DNA from: Octopus vulgaris
Lineage: Eukaryota
Assembly (NCBI GenBank): GCA_951406725.2
Contig: OX597816.1
Coordinates: 16,802,001 to 16,866,000 of the forward strand
Direction: 5' to 3'
Length of the DNA stretch: 64,000 nt
Both the position numbers and the translations under genes were made by a program. The notes under the pieces were generated by a model, which did not search any database, was not told where the DNA came from, and worked only from the letters and a program-made list of their open reading frames with translations. The first letter of the stretch is position 1. Each line of letters starts with the position of its first letter. Below are positions 1 to 13,107 of this stretch, one piece after another.

Positions 1-287
1 ACTTGCATATTAGCAATAAAGATTAGCAGTTACTTTTACTCAAAGTCACTATTCCTACAAATACAAGTGGTTTCTCCACTGCTCTTCAAACTGCACCAGT
101 CACCAACTGCTCTTTCTGCATCAAGGATATCTAACTCACTTCACTTCCTTCTAAACTAATTGCCTACTTTGTTGTATTTAGGAATGATCATTTTGCCAGT
201 TTAGCCAATAAAAACACATGCACTATATATTTGGTGTTACTTTGCTTCAGCGTTATTAATTTTTTACATTAATCTTAATCTTATTTC

Positions 288-331
288 GACCAGAGTTCTT
301 TCGTCACACTCCTGTGACCTCATCAGTGGTC
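288..331 (-). ncRNA. Minimal type I hammerhead ribozyme motif
   Basis: Minus strand reads GACCA CUGAUGA G GUCACA-ggag-UGUGAC GAAA gaac UC UGGUC: 5-bp stem I, intact core, 6-bp stem II, 1-bp stem III, UC cleavage site. Confidence 0.75.
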
Positions 332-497
332 CTTTGCTTTCTTCTTTCTTATTTGTGTATCTCTCCTTACTAACGGCCAGCCTTTTTGTATTTTGTATTC
401 CTATTGTATGTGTCTTCATTTGCGCATGCATATACCTCTATGTGTGTCTATGTTTAGTTAGTGTGTGTGTGTGTGGGGAAGTGCCTGTAACATTTGT

Positions 498-719
498 ATC
501 ATCATCATCATCATCATCATTTAGCGTCCGCTTTCCATGCTAGCATGGGTTGGACGGTTCAACTGGGGTCTGCGAAGCCAGAAGGCTGCATCAGGCCCAG
601 TCTGATCTGGCACAGCTTCTACGGCTGGATGCCCTTCCTAATGCCAACCACTCCGCGAGTGTAGTAGGTGCTTTTTACGTGCCACCTGCACAGGTGCCAG
701 ATGGTGCTGGCAAACGGTG
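498..719 (-). mobile_element. SINE-like retroposon family C with (ATG)n tail, 3' part
   Basis: (CAT)n followed by ttagcgtccgctttccatgctagcatgggttggacg...ggatgcccttcctaatgccaaccactcc, a sequence that recurs many times in the window. Confidence 0.85.
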
Positions 720-1627
720 CTGTATCTCCTGTTTATATACGTCCGTGTAATTTGCTTTTGTTTTTGTTTATTTTTATTTTGTTCATGTGTTTACACCTAC
801 TTAAGAACTCTGGCCGAAATAAGATTAAGATTAATGTAAAAAATGAATAACGCTGAAGCAAAGTAACACCAAATATATAGTGCGTGTGTTTTTATTGGCT
901 AAACTGGCAAAATGACCATTCCGAAATACAACAATAATTGCCCTCAGTTATCTCAAAACTCACAACTGTTCTTCGCTCTAACAATTATACCATCCTGACA
1001 CTGTTAATACAGAAACCAAATCTTTTATAATCATCAGTTCTTTACAGTATTACATCAAGTAGTTTCATGTCCTACATGTGTCCCTGAATGGAGCCTACAG
1101 TACTTGGAGAATCTCGACCACTAATACAAACTTGACAGCTCTCACCCTGAAGGACGTAAACACCCTTAATTCCTTTCTCACCGCCAAACCCCACTTCCAC
1201 CATAACTGTCTATGCACACTTATCAGGTTGTCTGGCCTCTCCCTTTTAATAAATATTCAACACACACACACATCTATATATTATGCAATATCCCCCATCT
1301 TCTATACCCCATGGCACTTCAAGTCAGCTGACTGGTGAGAACAATGCCAAGTATCTCTGGCAGCATTTATGTTTCATCACTGCCCTATCAGAAACAATTA
1401 GGTAGATGACTTCAACCATCCTCTTAGTTTAGGCAAAAAATGAAACCTACAGTACTTGGAGAATCTCACTCACTAATACAAACTTGACAGCTCTTACTCA
1501 TAATTGTAATATCGGCAAAAAACATTGGTTCAATGATGAAGAGTACTTTTGTGCATTGCACAGCCTCTATATTATCTTACTTCTCAAACGGAGTCAATCT
1601 TTTTTATCTTTTACTAATAAAAAAATT

Positions 1628-2030
1628 TCTCTTTTACTCTTTTCCTTGTTTCAAGCATTTGACTGTGGCCATGCTGGAGTACCGCTTTTAGTCGGGTTAA
1701 TCGACCCCGGGACTTATTCTTTGTAAGTCTAGTACTTATTCTATCGGTCTCTTTTGCCGAACCACTAAGTTACGGGGACGTAAACACACGAGCATCGGTT
1801 GTCAAGCGATGTTGGGGGGACAAACACCGACACACAAACACACACACACACACACAGATATATATACGATGGGCTTCTTTCAGTTTCCGTCTACCAAATC
1901 CACTCACAAGGCTTTGGTCGGCCTGAGGCTATAGTAGAAGACACTTGTGCAAGGTGCCACGCAGTGGGACTGAACCCCGAACCATGTGGTTCGTAAGCAA
2001 GCTACTTACCACACAGCCACTCCTACGCCT
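1628..2030 (-). mobile_element. tRNA-derived SINE family A (CORE-like domain, internal microsatellite)
   Basis: Reverse complement has a tRNA-like head (ggagtggctgtgtggtaag...ggttcagtccc), a caccttg..caagtgtctt CORE-like motif and a gtaaaaga tail. Multi-copy. Confidence 0.9.
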
Positions 2031-3496
2031 GCTAGCTTTATTGAATTTTCTTTTCTTCCACTTCTCAATCCTCATGGTTCAGTGAGCAGTACTCTTGCAG
2101 AGAAATCATTCACATTTCCCACCCATTTTGTATTCAACTCCAAGACACTATGCATTCAATAAATCTCCTTTCCAAACTACCCCTTTCTCCTACACCACGC
2201 TCATTCTCATGAACTCAATCATACCAAATACCACAGTATCTCTTACCTATTCAAACAAAACAGCAACTGGACTGGATTGTAGCATCTCAGAGGTAACCCC
2301 TATCCTTTCCAAACTCTTTAAACTCTCTCTCTCTCTCTTTCTATAGGAATACCTCAGTCTTTGGGAAACACTCTATGGTGTGTCCTATTCCTAAGAAATG
2401 CTATTCCTTTGATCTAATCAGCCACTATCCTGTCACACTCAGTTCCAATATCTCAGATGTGATGGAAACTCACTAACAACCAAGTTCTCCAACATTTCGA
2501 TCACTTACCCTCTTTAATGAACAGCTCTACAATTCTCTTGAATCTATTGGAGACCAACTCATCTATATCACTCATCAGTGAGCTCTCATACTTGAGAAAT
2601 TTGATGAATGTAGTGGTTTGTTGTCATTGATATTAGGAAAGCATTTGACTGCATATAGCATACAAACCTCTTGTCAAAATTATCCATTGTGGGATGGATT
2701 TGTGCTTCATCTTTGGTCACTGGATCCTTGATAGACCACATTATTGAGGGTATGCCGATGGAGCTCGCTCTGATCCACAATCTATCAACTTTGGCATATC
2801 CCAGGGTTTGGTTTTACTCTCCACACTCTCCCTCCTGTACACCAATGTACTACTTGCCATCACTTTCACAAAACCCACTTATTAAGAAGATGATGTCACT
2901 CATCATTCCCCCGCTAGTCTTCTACACACAAGCATCATTCATTTACAACCTAGATACCTCACAAACTATCTACTCTGACTTCATTAACATTAACCTCAAA
3001 AACATCCTCCAAAATGGTCATGTCAGTCTTTCTTCAAACCAAAAAGACACAGTCATGGCAAATATTAATTAAACATTATCACAGTATTAATCCAGCCTTG
3101 ACATGAACAGCAGTCAACAGGAAACTTCATGGTCACTTCATATGCGACACTTCACCATCACTGATTTTTCCCCAGTAAATACTTCAACAATAAAAACTGC
3201 ATTTCAAAAACTGGTCTTCTTCATAGCCAGATAATACTTGAGTCTTCAAGAACAGTTAACCCTTTCAAAGCTCCAGTGAGACCTACAAAAGAGTGCTGCT
3301 CCTACATCTGGGACAGTGATGTTGCCACACATAAATATTTTAGGCAATATAAAAAAATAGCCACTCATCTGATTGGTATAAACTTACTCACAAATGTACT
3401 CCAACCTCTTACTAATAAATGTGTTGTTACCTTCCTCTGCCATTTGTATAGCTACACCAGTGGTTTCCACTTTTTAGGGCTGGCTGGTCTCATACC

Positions 3497-3908
3497 TATT
3501 TCTTTACTACCCTCAAGGGGCTAAACACAGAGAGGACAAACAAGGACAGACACACGGATTAAGTTGATTATATCGACCCCAGTGCGTAACTGGTACTTAT
3601 TTAATCGACCTCAAAAGGATGAAAGGCAAAGTTGACCTCGGCAGAATTTGAACTCAGAACGTAACGGTAGACGAAATACCTATTTCTTTACTACCCACAA
3701 GGGGCTAAACACAGAGGAGACAAACAAGGACAGACACACGGATTAAGTTGATTATATCGACCCCAATGCGTAACTGGTACTTATTTAATCGACCCCAAAA
3801 GGATGAAAGGCAAAGTCTACCTCAGCGGAATTTGAACTCAGAACATAATGACAGACGAAATACGGCTATGCATTTCGTCCGGCGTGCTAACGTTTCTGCC
3901 AGCTCACC
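3497..3908 (-). mobile_element. SINE family B dimer (one full and one head-less unit)
   Basis: Two tandem units with gcctttcatcc...ggtcgat..aataagtaccag (Meta-domain-like). 14-bp TSD GCTGGTCTCATACC at 3483-3496 and 3909-3922. Confidence 0.9.
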
Positions 3909-4567
3909 GCTGGTCTCATACCATCTCCACTCAGGCATTCCTAACTCACCCAATTTCTCCTCCTGTCATCAACCTACAAACAACAGCAGCCATGTCACCT
4001 AGTCTTTTTTCCACAGAATTTTGACCCACAGGAATTCTCACACCTTGAACACATTTTTCCTGCAACCTGATCTACTCCCAACCGTTTTGGCGGAACGTAA
4101 ACAGCATCAATTTCACTAGTCTCAAAGAACCTGCAAAGGTCATGGGGTGAACTCCCCGCCTTTCTTTAGACCAAAAGAATCAAAAGAGAAACAAAACCAA
4201 AGGAAATCAATTATGTAAAAAGTTATAAATTCTTTAGTATTGTAACAATAACAGACTAAATACTTAATACGCGAGTCACACACAAAATTTGGCATCCTCA
4301 CAAGACATTCTATACAAATGTTTACAGCTGATATAACTTCTAACAATGTTGTGATAATTATATTAAAAAGAGTTAGAAATATAGATTTCACCACTATTAA
4401 CAAATCATTTGAAATGCCTCAATAGCTGTAATTTCACTTATATAATAGAAAATCAGTTTCAATAAAATAAAAGATTGATGGAGGATTTTAATCTATTGAA
4501 AATAAAGCTATTTCCTCATCAACATTAATTTCTTGCAGTTGCCTTAACTTTTTTAATCTAAAAGTTA

Positions 4568-4842
4568 GTTAGTTAGTTAGTTAGTTAATTTTTTGGCTCA
4601 AAAAGCAAAAAGCAAGGCCATGTAGGGGGACATGGAGTCATGTACAGGGTGGTGTTCATGTAAAGAGTTCAGGCCACTTGTGGTCAAGGGAGACTTTGAA
4701 CCGAGCGGTCGTCGGCATCTTCACTATCTCGTCCGGCAGCTTATTCCATGGATCCGCAACCCGGATGGAGAAAGCTCCTCTCCTTCGATTGAGATGAAAT
4801 CGTCGCAGATAGAGCTTTTCGGAGTGACCCCGCAGCCGACAC
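4568..4842 (-). mobile_element. 5'-truncated CR1 LINE 3' end
   Basis: ORF 4656-4844 LRGHSEKL...FSIRVADPWNKLP..FKVSLD is a typical CR1 ORF2 C-terminus. (TAAC)n tail; AAAAGTTA duplicated at 4560-4567 and 4843-4850. Confidence 0.9.
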
Positions 4843-4984
4843 AAAAGTTAAATCTGCTTCATTTTTAGAAATGGTCAGAATACAAGCTGTGGTGTGAAAA
4901 TTTAACATGACAAATAACAGTAGTAAATACTGCATTTGATGGCATATAAGACACACTTCTTCCCTTAAAATGTGTCACCAAAAA

Positions 4985-5309
4985 GGAGCACTCCGTTGGT
5001 TACGACGACGAGGGTCCCAGCTGATACGATCAACGGAACAGCTTGCTCGTGGAATTAACATGCAAGTGGTTGAGCACTTCACACATATGTGTACCCTTAA
5101 CGTAGTTCTCAGGGAGATTCAGTGTGACACAGAGTGTGACAAGGCCTGCCCTTTGAAGTACAGGTACAACTCATTTTTGCCAGCTGAGTGGACTGGAGCA
5201 ACGTGAAATAAAGTGTCTTGCTGAAGGACACAACGCATCGCCGGGAATCGAACTCACGACCTTACAATCGTCAGCCGAATGCCCTAACCACTAAGCTATG
5301 CGCCTTCAG
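4985..5309 (-). mobile_element. tRNA-derived SINE family D (CORE-like middle)
   Basis: Head has A-box tagcttagtgg and B-box gagttcgattccc. 14-bp TSD TGTGTCACCAAAAA at 4971-4984 and 5310-5323. Confidence 0.9.
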
Positions 5310-5632
5310 TGTGTCACCAAAAATCACCCCAGGATCTAGAGCAAACAGGTTGCATTACAAATGATTGCAGAACCCAGTGCTCAATAATCAGTCTCTCGCA
5401 TATATGTGTTGGTAGAGATGAAATAACAGTTGGATAAGGTAATGAATTAACAAATTTGAGTTTTGAGCTCAAATTTCCAGCTGCAGTTTTATTGTAACAC
5501 TTAAGTTGGGAAATTAAGTTTTTGTTTCGCTTCACCAAACTGTTGCCTACTTAATTATATAGCATCACTTGAATCAAAAGATTCTTGAAAGACCTTTCCA
5601 TTGCCATATACATTGGCAATGTTTTCTTTGAT

Positions 5633-6027
5633 GCGTAGGTGTGGTAAGTGGTAAGTAGCTTGCTTACCAACCACATGGTTCTGCGTTCAGACCCACTGCC
5701 GACCAAAGCCTTGTGAGTGGATTTGGTAGACGGAAACTAAAAGAAGTCCATCGTATATATGTATATGTATGCGTGTGTATATGTTTGTGTGTCTGTGTTT
5801 GTCCCCCCCAACATCACTTGACAACCAATGCTGGTGTGTTACGTCCCCGTAACTTAATGGTTCAGCAAAAGAGACCGATAGAATAAGTACTAGGCTTACA
5901 AAGAATAAGTCCTTACAAAGAATAAATTATAAAGAATAAGTCCTGGGGTCGATTTGCTCGACTAAAGGCTGTGCTCCAGCATGGCCGCAGTCAAATGACT
6001 GAAACAAGTAAAAGAGTAAAAGAGTAA
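5633..6027 (+). mobile_element. SINE family A (internal deletion, short local duplication)
   Basis: Homologous to 1628-2030; ends in (gtaaaaga)n. Confidence 0.9.
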
Positions 6028-7747
6028 CTCTAGCATGCATCAAGATTTGCTTCCGTTTTCTACAATCTTTCCTATATACAGTAAGGACCTTCTTGTAATC
6101 AAATTTAACACCTTACTTTAGATGAAAACATCCTTCACTCTTTCTTAACTTTCAACATCTAGAACTAAGATAAGTTATGTTAAATCTACCCTGCTTCTAT
6201 GAATGCATATTGTAAACTGCCTTCAATAAGGACATGATACTTGAGTATCCTTCAACTGCAACAAAATACAATCACAATACAATAAGTACTATGTTTTCTC
6301 CACACAAAAGTACATACAATGATGGTTCTTGAAACACTAGAATCTCACTCCACCCCATAATCCTAAACGATGTCATTTGCTGACCTCACATATATAACAT
6401 TATGAAAGCTGCATTCTTGTATTAGATTTCTGGACCAGAAGTAACTACAACTGTTGACCCTTATAAAACTCAAGTATAATACGCACTAGATTAGGGCTCA
6501 CATATTTAAGATGGAATTGCTGATTTAAACAAATCTTCCCAGATCAATTCTGAAAAAAAAAGCTGGTTGCCAAAGACACAAACACAAATATGTCACAATC
6601 ACAAGCTCACAGACACACCACTGATGCCATCTGCCTGTTCTACTAATTTACATCTGCCTCTATACCTCTGAAATACGTACCTGCATGCCAAGTACCTGGC
6701 ACAGTGCTCCACTCAAGCCTACAAAACACACTTATCACAGCCAGTTGCTCAAACACAGAGGATGTAAACCTCTCTGCTGTCTTTTCTTTTTTTCCCTCTT
6801 GTCATTTTGACCCCGAGGAAGGACTATCAGTAAGGTTGGATATTGAAATCCCCACTCTTTCTATCACTTCTATATAACACTAGTCCTCACAGTCTCTCCC
6901 TTAATCCCTCAACTGTGTCTTTTCCCACTCCCAAATCCCACACATAACACTTTTACAAAATAATTTTCTTTCCAAATCCGTACCCTTCTAAAATTCCGAA
7001 GATGGTAATCACTAGTAAAAATCTCCTATTGATAAAGATACCTGAATAACAAACATGAATTAACTGACTAATTGTCACATTTTAACGAGACAAGTAAAAT
7101 ATTTCCCTAGATTCAATTGTGAATACATATGGGTCATTCAATTCTAAGTAAATGGTGGAGAAAAAAGTCTATCATTAATTGCTTTTGTTTATTTTGAGAG
7201 TAAACAAGTCTGGTATTTTGATCACAATGCCTCATGAGAAATAATATAATGTCTACTTAGTAAAAAAAAACATGAAAGTTAGACATTTCTGTACAAAACT
7301 AAAGAGAGATAAAAGAAAACAGGCCAATTTTACATGTGTGTGTGTGTGTGTGTTTATATATAAAATATCAGCATTGATATTATCAGACACACAAGGTTCA
7401 GTTCTGTTGATATGCAAAGTGAAAACAAAATTTAAATTAGTCTAAAGCAACATATTAATTATACAGTTAAACTTGTCGCAATCAATAAGAATATATTTAA
7501 TCTAGTATAATGAATAAGTGTGAGGAAATTAATACTGATTCAGAAATAAATTCAAATCATCTTACATTAGCTTAACAAGTGATCACTTTAAGACAGTAAT
7601 TAGAGTGATAGAATTACAAGTAATGACCTCAGTGTCAATGTTTTTGGGGTTCAAATCAAGCAAAAGATATGAATGACAGCTAAAATTTTCAAAGAAAAAT
7701 CATATGAGACACTTAGAGAGATAAAAAATGGATCTTGATGAGAACCT

Positions 7748-7982
7748 ATTTCTTTACTACCCACAAGGGGCTACACACAAAGGGGACAAACAAAGACAGA
7801 CAAATGGATTAAGTCGATTATATCGACCCCAGTGTGTAACTGGTACTTATTTAATCAACCCCGAAAGGATGAAAGGCAAAGTCGACCTCGGCGGAATTTG
7901 AACTCAGAACGTAGCAGCAGACGAAATACCGCTAAGCATTTCGCCCGGCGTGCCAACGTTTCTGCTGTCTCGCCACCTTCAT
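7748..7982 (-). mobile_element. SINE family B, full length
   Basis: 17-bp TSD GATCTTGATGAGAACCT at 7731-7747 and 7983-7999; B-box gagttcaaattcc. Confidence 0.92.
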
Positions 7983-8618
7983 GATCTTGATGAGAACCTC
8001 CAACAATTGATATTAAGCTGTTCAGTCAAATGGACCACCAGGTTCACTGAATTAACATGTATATGGCTAAGTATTCCTCAGACAGATGTACACTTGAATG
8101 TAATTCTTGGATAGAATGACATTTGCCTAAGACAGCACACAGCAGAATCAAAACTGTAACCTCATGATAGTAAAGTAAACGTCTTAACTATTCAGCCATA
8201 CTGCAACAACTATTATTATTAGACACAATAAGAACCTTTTGAGAAAGAAAAGAAAAAAATACTCCTGTTGAAAGGATTCAGACAGCATATCTATCTTGGA
8301 GACTAAATAACCATTTGCACCCAAGTCTCTTCATCTCAAATAACAAACTTGAATTTATTTTTCTGCTATTTTGTTTATTATTTCTTCGGTTTTTTTTTGT
8401 TTTAACTGGGCTATGTTTTATCTCTACAAGACAATTATATAGTTACTTAGCATATTAGAACAGGTTACACTCCATATATAAATATTATATATTATATATA
8501 TTACTGTCGGGAAACTAAGTTGCAGCAGTATGATTTAATGGTTATGGTGAAAAATAGCCTCAAGAATCTGGAGGCTTCATATAATAGAACACTGAAATTC
8601 AACAGCTAGCAAAATAAA

Positions 8619-8649
<31 letters not shown>

Positions 8650-10679
8650 GTCCTACTTGCAGAATCTTTTATTCATATTTGCAAGCGTCTCTAATAAGAA
8701 TAGCAAACACTAATTAGCGATAAAAATATAATAAATAAATAATTCTGCATGTAAGAAAATGCTGAGTCAATAACCAAATAAATTCATTGATTAATAAATA
8801 AGCGAAAAGGAAAAAAGACAAGCAAATGTAAGCCAAAGAGAAAATAAAGCCAGACAAAAGTATCAAATATTGCAAGTTTAACTAAATAGAAATTTCAAGT
8901 GAAATTGAAAATAAATTTTTGAGGCAAAATGTACATCATCTAATGATCTTGCTTATAAATAAAGCATATATTTGATCATTCATTAGAAAGTTTCCTCTTC
9001 TTAGAGGTAACTCCAACAAATTGGAAACTGGCAGAAATACATATAGAAAAGAGTAAATTTTAATGTATTCAAAGAAGTTTTCTTTCAAGCTACAATTCTA
9101 AAACTGATAAAAGTAATGAAGTTACTAAGATATGGTAAGATAATAGCTGATAGCAGTTTTGAAATGAATTGATTTTTGTTACTTAAATTGACTGAATTTC
9201 ACAGGTTGAAAAGAAAGACTTGTTTAGTTATGAAAATGTTATATTAACTTTAGTATGACCACTTTAATATTTGGTACTATTTGGTAAATTATTTGTGCAC
9301 TTATGGAGAACAGTAAATGAACTTCAAAACTATAACCAAATAACAGATAAATTCTAAAAATTTTGAAATACATTTGAAGTAAAATAAATTAGAAATACAT
9401 CTAAAATGAAGATCTATAGATTTCAAATCTGACAATTTTGCTCAAACTTTAATTATTTTCAATTGTAGGTTTTGGTTTGTTCCTCAGCTCATAACTTAAC
9501 TATAGTGAACTGTAAATAGCAAAGCAATTGGTTACATGCACTTCTTGCTTAGCATTCAAAACGTATGCATCATAAATTTCAAACTCTGCAATTGTTGAAC
9601 AAGTTGCTGGTGTTAAAATAAATCTAAAATGATATTCTTCATATTACATGGTATGTTTTGGAGAATCTCAAATATTTTAGCAACAGGAATACCTTAGGAT
9701 ATAATTATAGATCGATTTCTGGCATTCACGGAAGGCCAGCAGTTAGCAGAAAAAAAGAGAAAAAGTTAATCAAACCCATGTGCCAGCGACTTACTTTATT
9801 GACTCGGTAGAAGAATAAAGTAAAGTTAGCCCCAGAAGTATTGGTGTATACACCATAAGAGGATGAAAAGAAGCGCTGCAAGACATTTAGACTGGTATAT
9901 CTTCCTTTCACCCATTTCCTCATTCATACAAATAAGACCATTATGTCTTAAATTTTGGAGTTGAGCCAAATTTTATAACAAACTGCCATAGGTGACTTTT
10001 GTCAAATTTTTAGTAGATAAGCAAAGATATATTTATTTGTTTCTATTGCTGTGGTTTAGCCACAGGCAGCCTTGATTGAACATACCTATGATCACAGGCA
10101 TTCTAGAGTTGATTATTCTATCCTTTTACTTGCTAATTATTTTTCTCCTTTTCTTATTTCATTTTTGCTTTTAAAGGTGATACTGGGTAATTTGAGAGAC
10201 AGTGGTTGACATTTATAAGAGGTCAAGTGACCATATAGAGACTCTCTTGTTTATATTATGAAGATGCCATCAACCACCACTGATTATAAAGCTGTTCTGC
10301 TCCCTAGCACAGGATGTCCACTATGCAACATCGAAAAGGTTGAAACAATTGCTATGCAGAAACAAAAAGAGAGGAAGACAGAAATAATATTTAAATGAAT
10401 TTTTAGCTAAGTGCTCATTTAAAGTATCACTGTTTTGATGTATGGGTTTCTCTAACATTTTACCACAGATGAAAGCCAGCATCCATCTAAAGGTTTCTTG
10501 AATAAAACTTATTTCACCAAAGGGAAGTTTAATACAGAATTTGCTCTATGTAAAGTTTGTATATTGACAGCAATGTGGAAAATCTGTTTATTGCTCATCA
10601 GACCTTACTTAAGCGATTAACATCTATAGATTCTTCATTACATTATATTATATTATATTCATAATTATATATAACATCA

Positions 10680-10775
10680 GATTGGAATCTGGTGCAGCCA
10701 TCTGGTTCGCCAGACCTCAGTCAAATCATCCAACCTGTGCTAGCATGGAAAGTGAACGTTAAACAATGATGATGA
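10680..10775 (+). mobile_element. Family C 3' fragment
   Basis: gctagcatggaaagtgaacgttaaacaatgatgatga tail matches the other C copies. Confidence 0.75.
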
Positions 10776-11170
10776 TAAGAAGTAGTTTCCTAAAATATCT
10801 CTCTTGAAAGTTTACAATAGTATTCCATGCTGTTCAGTGATTTTTACCAGTAACAGAAAGCAATAGAAGGATATACCTATACTTTACCGAGGAGAAATAA
10901 TAATTGTAAACTTTTAGGGGCAGACTTAATCTGTTGCTTGATTTAACACCACCACCTGACACTTAGGTACCTTTGCAGAGTCAACTCTGTGGTAGGCACT
11001 CAGGCCAGATCTCTAATCTGAGAATAACTTTCTCTCATTAACCTTGGAGACCATGAAAATATTTATTGGCGCCGATCTTTCTTCTCAGATCAAGCCACAA
11101 AACAATACTACTTTTTCAAGACTGACGATTAGTTTCTCTTTGCTTGATACAACTCTGTATTTTTACTTAA

Positions 11171-11390
11171 CCCTTTCGATACCAACCCAGCTGAAACCGG
11201 CCCTGGCTCTGAGTACAAATGTCTTGTTTTCATAAGTTTTGAATTAAAATTTTCCACCAAACCTTAGTCACAATTAATGTTCCTAACACTAGCTGATTGA
11301 TAACTAAGTTATTTTATAAAATTCTTTGTTATATTTAAAGTAATTGAAAGAAACACAGACCACCTCAACAAAAATATGGTAACAAAAGGG
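11171..11390. mobile_element. piggyBac-type MITE
   Basis: TTAA on both flanks; TIRs CCCTTTCGATACC / GGTAACAAAAGGG; multi-copy in the window. Confidence 0.88.
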
Positions 11391-11421
11391 TTAAAATATA
11401 TAATAGAGAAACAATTCTTAA

Positions 11422-11641
11422 CTCTTTCGATACCAACCCGGCTGAAACAGGTTCTGGCTCCGAGTACAAATGTCTTGTTTTCATAAGTTTTGAATTAAAA
11501 TTTTCCACCAAACCTTAGTCACAATTTGTGTTCCTAACACCAGCTTAATGATAACTAAGTTATTTTACTATATTCTTTGTTATATTTAAAGTTATTGAAA
11601 GAAACACTGAGCATCTCAAAATAAATACAGTAACGAAAGGG
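11422..11641. mobile_element. piggyBac-type MITE, second adjacent copy
   Basis: Same ~220-bp family and orientation, ~30 bp after the first copy; left TTAA intact. Confidence 0.85.
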
Positions 11642-12049
11642 TGTTATATCTATATTCATAACTTGCTATTCTTATGAACCTGTATACTGACGAACAGGCT
11701 CTCATTGGAGAAACTTTTCAACCCTGGGAGACTGGCATACAGTCCCTATGATTAATGGTCAACATGGCAAGAACCAAAGTACTAGTTAGTCATAAAGGAC
11801 ACAAAGTCCTAATGCAATCCGAAAAGTGGCCTTCCTTTTGAGAAGTGAGAAGAGAGTAAATTAGGATTCAATACTCAAGGGTATGTCAAATATATAGTGA
11901 GACGGTAGGCTGATTGAAAGGGGAACAAAAATTCTGATGTACTATGCATATAGAAATAATTAGCAGCAGGTGTAACAATGAATAAGTCCATGAACAGTTC
12001 AGATAGCTCACATGATTTACTTAGTAGCTTCTGCATCTAATGCAATTAA

Positions 12050-12540
12050 CCCTTTTGTTACTGTATTTATTTATTTTGAGATGTTTCTTTCAATTACTTT
12101 AAATGCAACAAAGAATTTAATAAAATAACTCAGTTATCATTAAGCTAGTGTTAGTGGAAGCACGTGGCTTAGTGGTTAGGGTGTTGAACTCATGATCGTA
12201 AGGTTGTGGTTTTGATTCCTGGACCGGGTGATGCATTGTGTTCTTGAGCAAAACACTTCATTTTCATGTTGCTCCAGTCCACTCAGTTGGTGAAAATGAG
12301 TAATCCTGCAACGGACCGGCGTCCCATTCAGGTGGGGAATTTCTACACCACTGAAACCGGGAAACCGGCCCTTATGAACCTGGCATGGCTCAAGAAGGAA
12401 CAGATATATTTATATAAGCTAGTGTTAGGAATGTAATTGTGACTAAGGTTTGGTGGAAGATTTTAATTTAAAACTTAGGAAAACAAGACATTTGTACTAC
12501 AGAGCCAGAGTCAGTTTCAACTGGATTGGTAGCGATAGGG
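12050..12540. mobile_element. piggyBac-type MITE (opposite orientation) with nested SINE
   Basis: TTAA-CCC...GGG-TTAA ends; interrupted by 12155-12414. Confidence 0.85.
12155..12414 (+). mobile_element. tRNA-derived SINE with family-D-like head and a different tail
   Basis: 14-bp TSD TAAGCTAGTGTTAG at 12141-12154 and 12415-12428. Head and gttgctccagtccactcag middle are shared with 4985-5309. Confidence 0.85.
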
Positions 12541-12859
12541 TTAAGTAGAGCTGTAACTAATTGTAGTAAGAACATAGTAGTTAAAGGTAAAAAGATGTAG
12601 AAGTTTAGAAGTCACAGAGTGAGCTTCAGTGTGGTTGGTTGGCCCGTAAGAAATATAAGGTTAATTCTCACACCCTATCTTTAAAAAATTGGAGTACACA
12701 CTGGACTCGGTTGTTCTAGATTTACAGAAAGAGGAAAGTTGGAATGGTCACAACTGGAATGGCTATAATCATAGGCATGCAAAATTTAGGGATGACCTAG
12801 ATTAGAATAACAACAACAAGGGTTTCATCTCTGTAAAGTGCAGATTGTGTGAGACCTGT

Positions 12860-13107
12860 GAGGTAGAAGAGTCCAGTTTGCTGGACATTGTTGTAGAGCT
12901 GAAAACGAGGTAATTTCTACTCTTCTCCTCTGGAAGCCATCTGCTCGCGATACCAGAGGGCGCACACTCTCCTACCCTGATGTAATCTCCAGGGATACAG
13001 GCATCCAGCAACAGGACCTCCATAATGCTATGATGGACCGTGAAGTCTGGCGTAACATAGTAAATTCCATTGTCTCGACCATGCCCGAACAATGATGATG
13101 ATGATGA
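12860..13107 (+). mobile_element. RTE/RTE-X LINE 3' end
   Basis: Translates RRVQFAGHCCRAENEVISTLLLWKP...MMDREVWRNIV, followed by a (TGA)n tail. Confidence 0.88.

Larger units (their letters stand above)
169..934 (-). mobile_element. Non-autonomous Penelope-like insertion with inverted partial terminal repeats
   Basis: Arms 169-300 and 803-934 are near-exact reverse complements (~132 bp). TAATTGCC is at 157-164 and 935-942 (possible TSD, 4-nt offset on the left). A hammerhead motif overlaps the inner end of the left arm. No ORF; a SINE interrupts at 498-719. Confidence 0.65.
940..4130 (+). mobile_element. Decayed CR1/Jockey-group LINE ORF2 (reverse transcriptase) relic, interrupted by SINEs
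   Basis: Broken-frame RT motifs: PIPKK (~2383), VVIDIRKAFDCI*HTNLLSKL (~2619-2682, cf. LDISKAFDRVWH), GISQGLVL..TL (~2792, cf. GVPQGSVLSPTLF), VRPTKECCSYIW (~3276, cf. RPxMEYCSHIW). Confidence 0.8.

Noticed and set aside
6990-7050. CCGAAGA tggtaatc...gatacc tgaa, possible degenerate hammerhead
   Set aside because: No GAAA or UH arrangement; too decayed.
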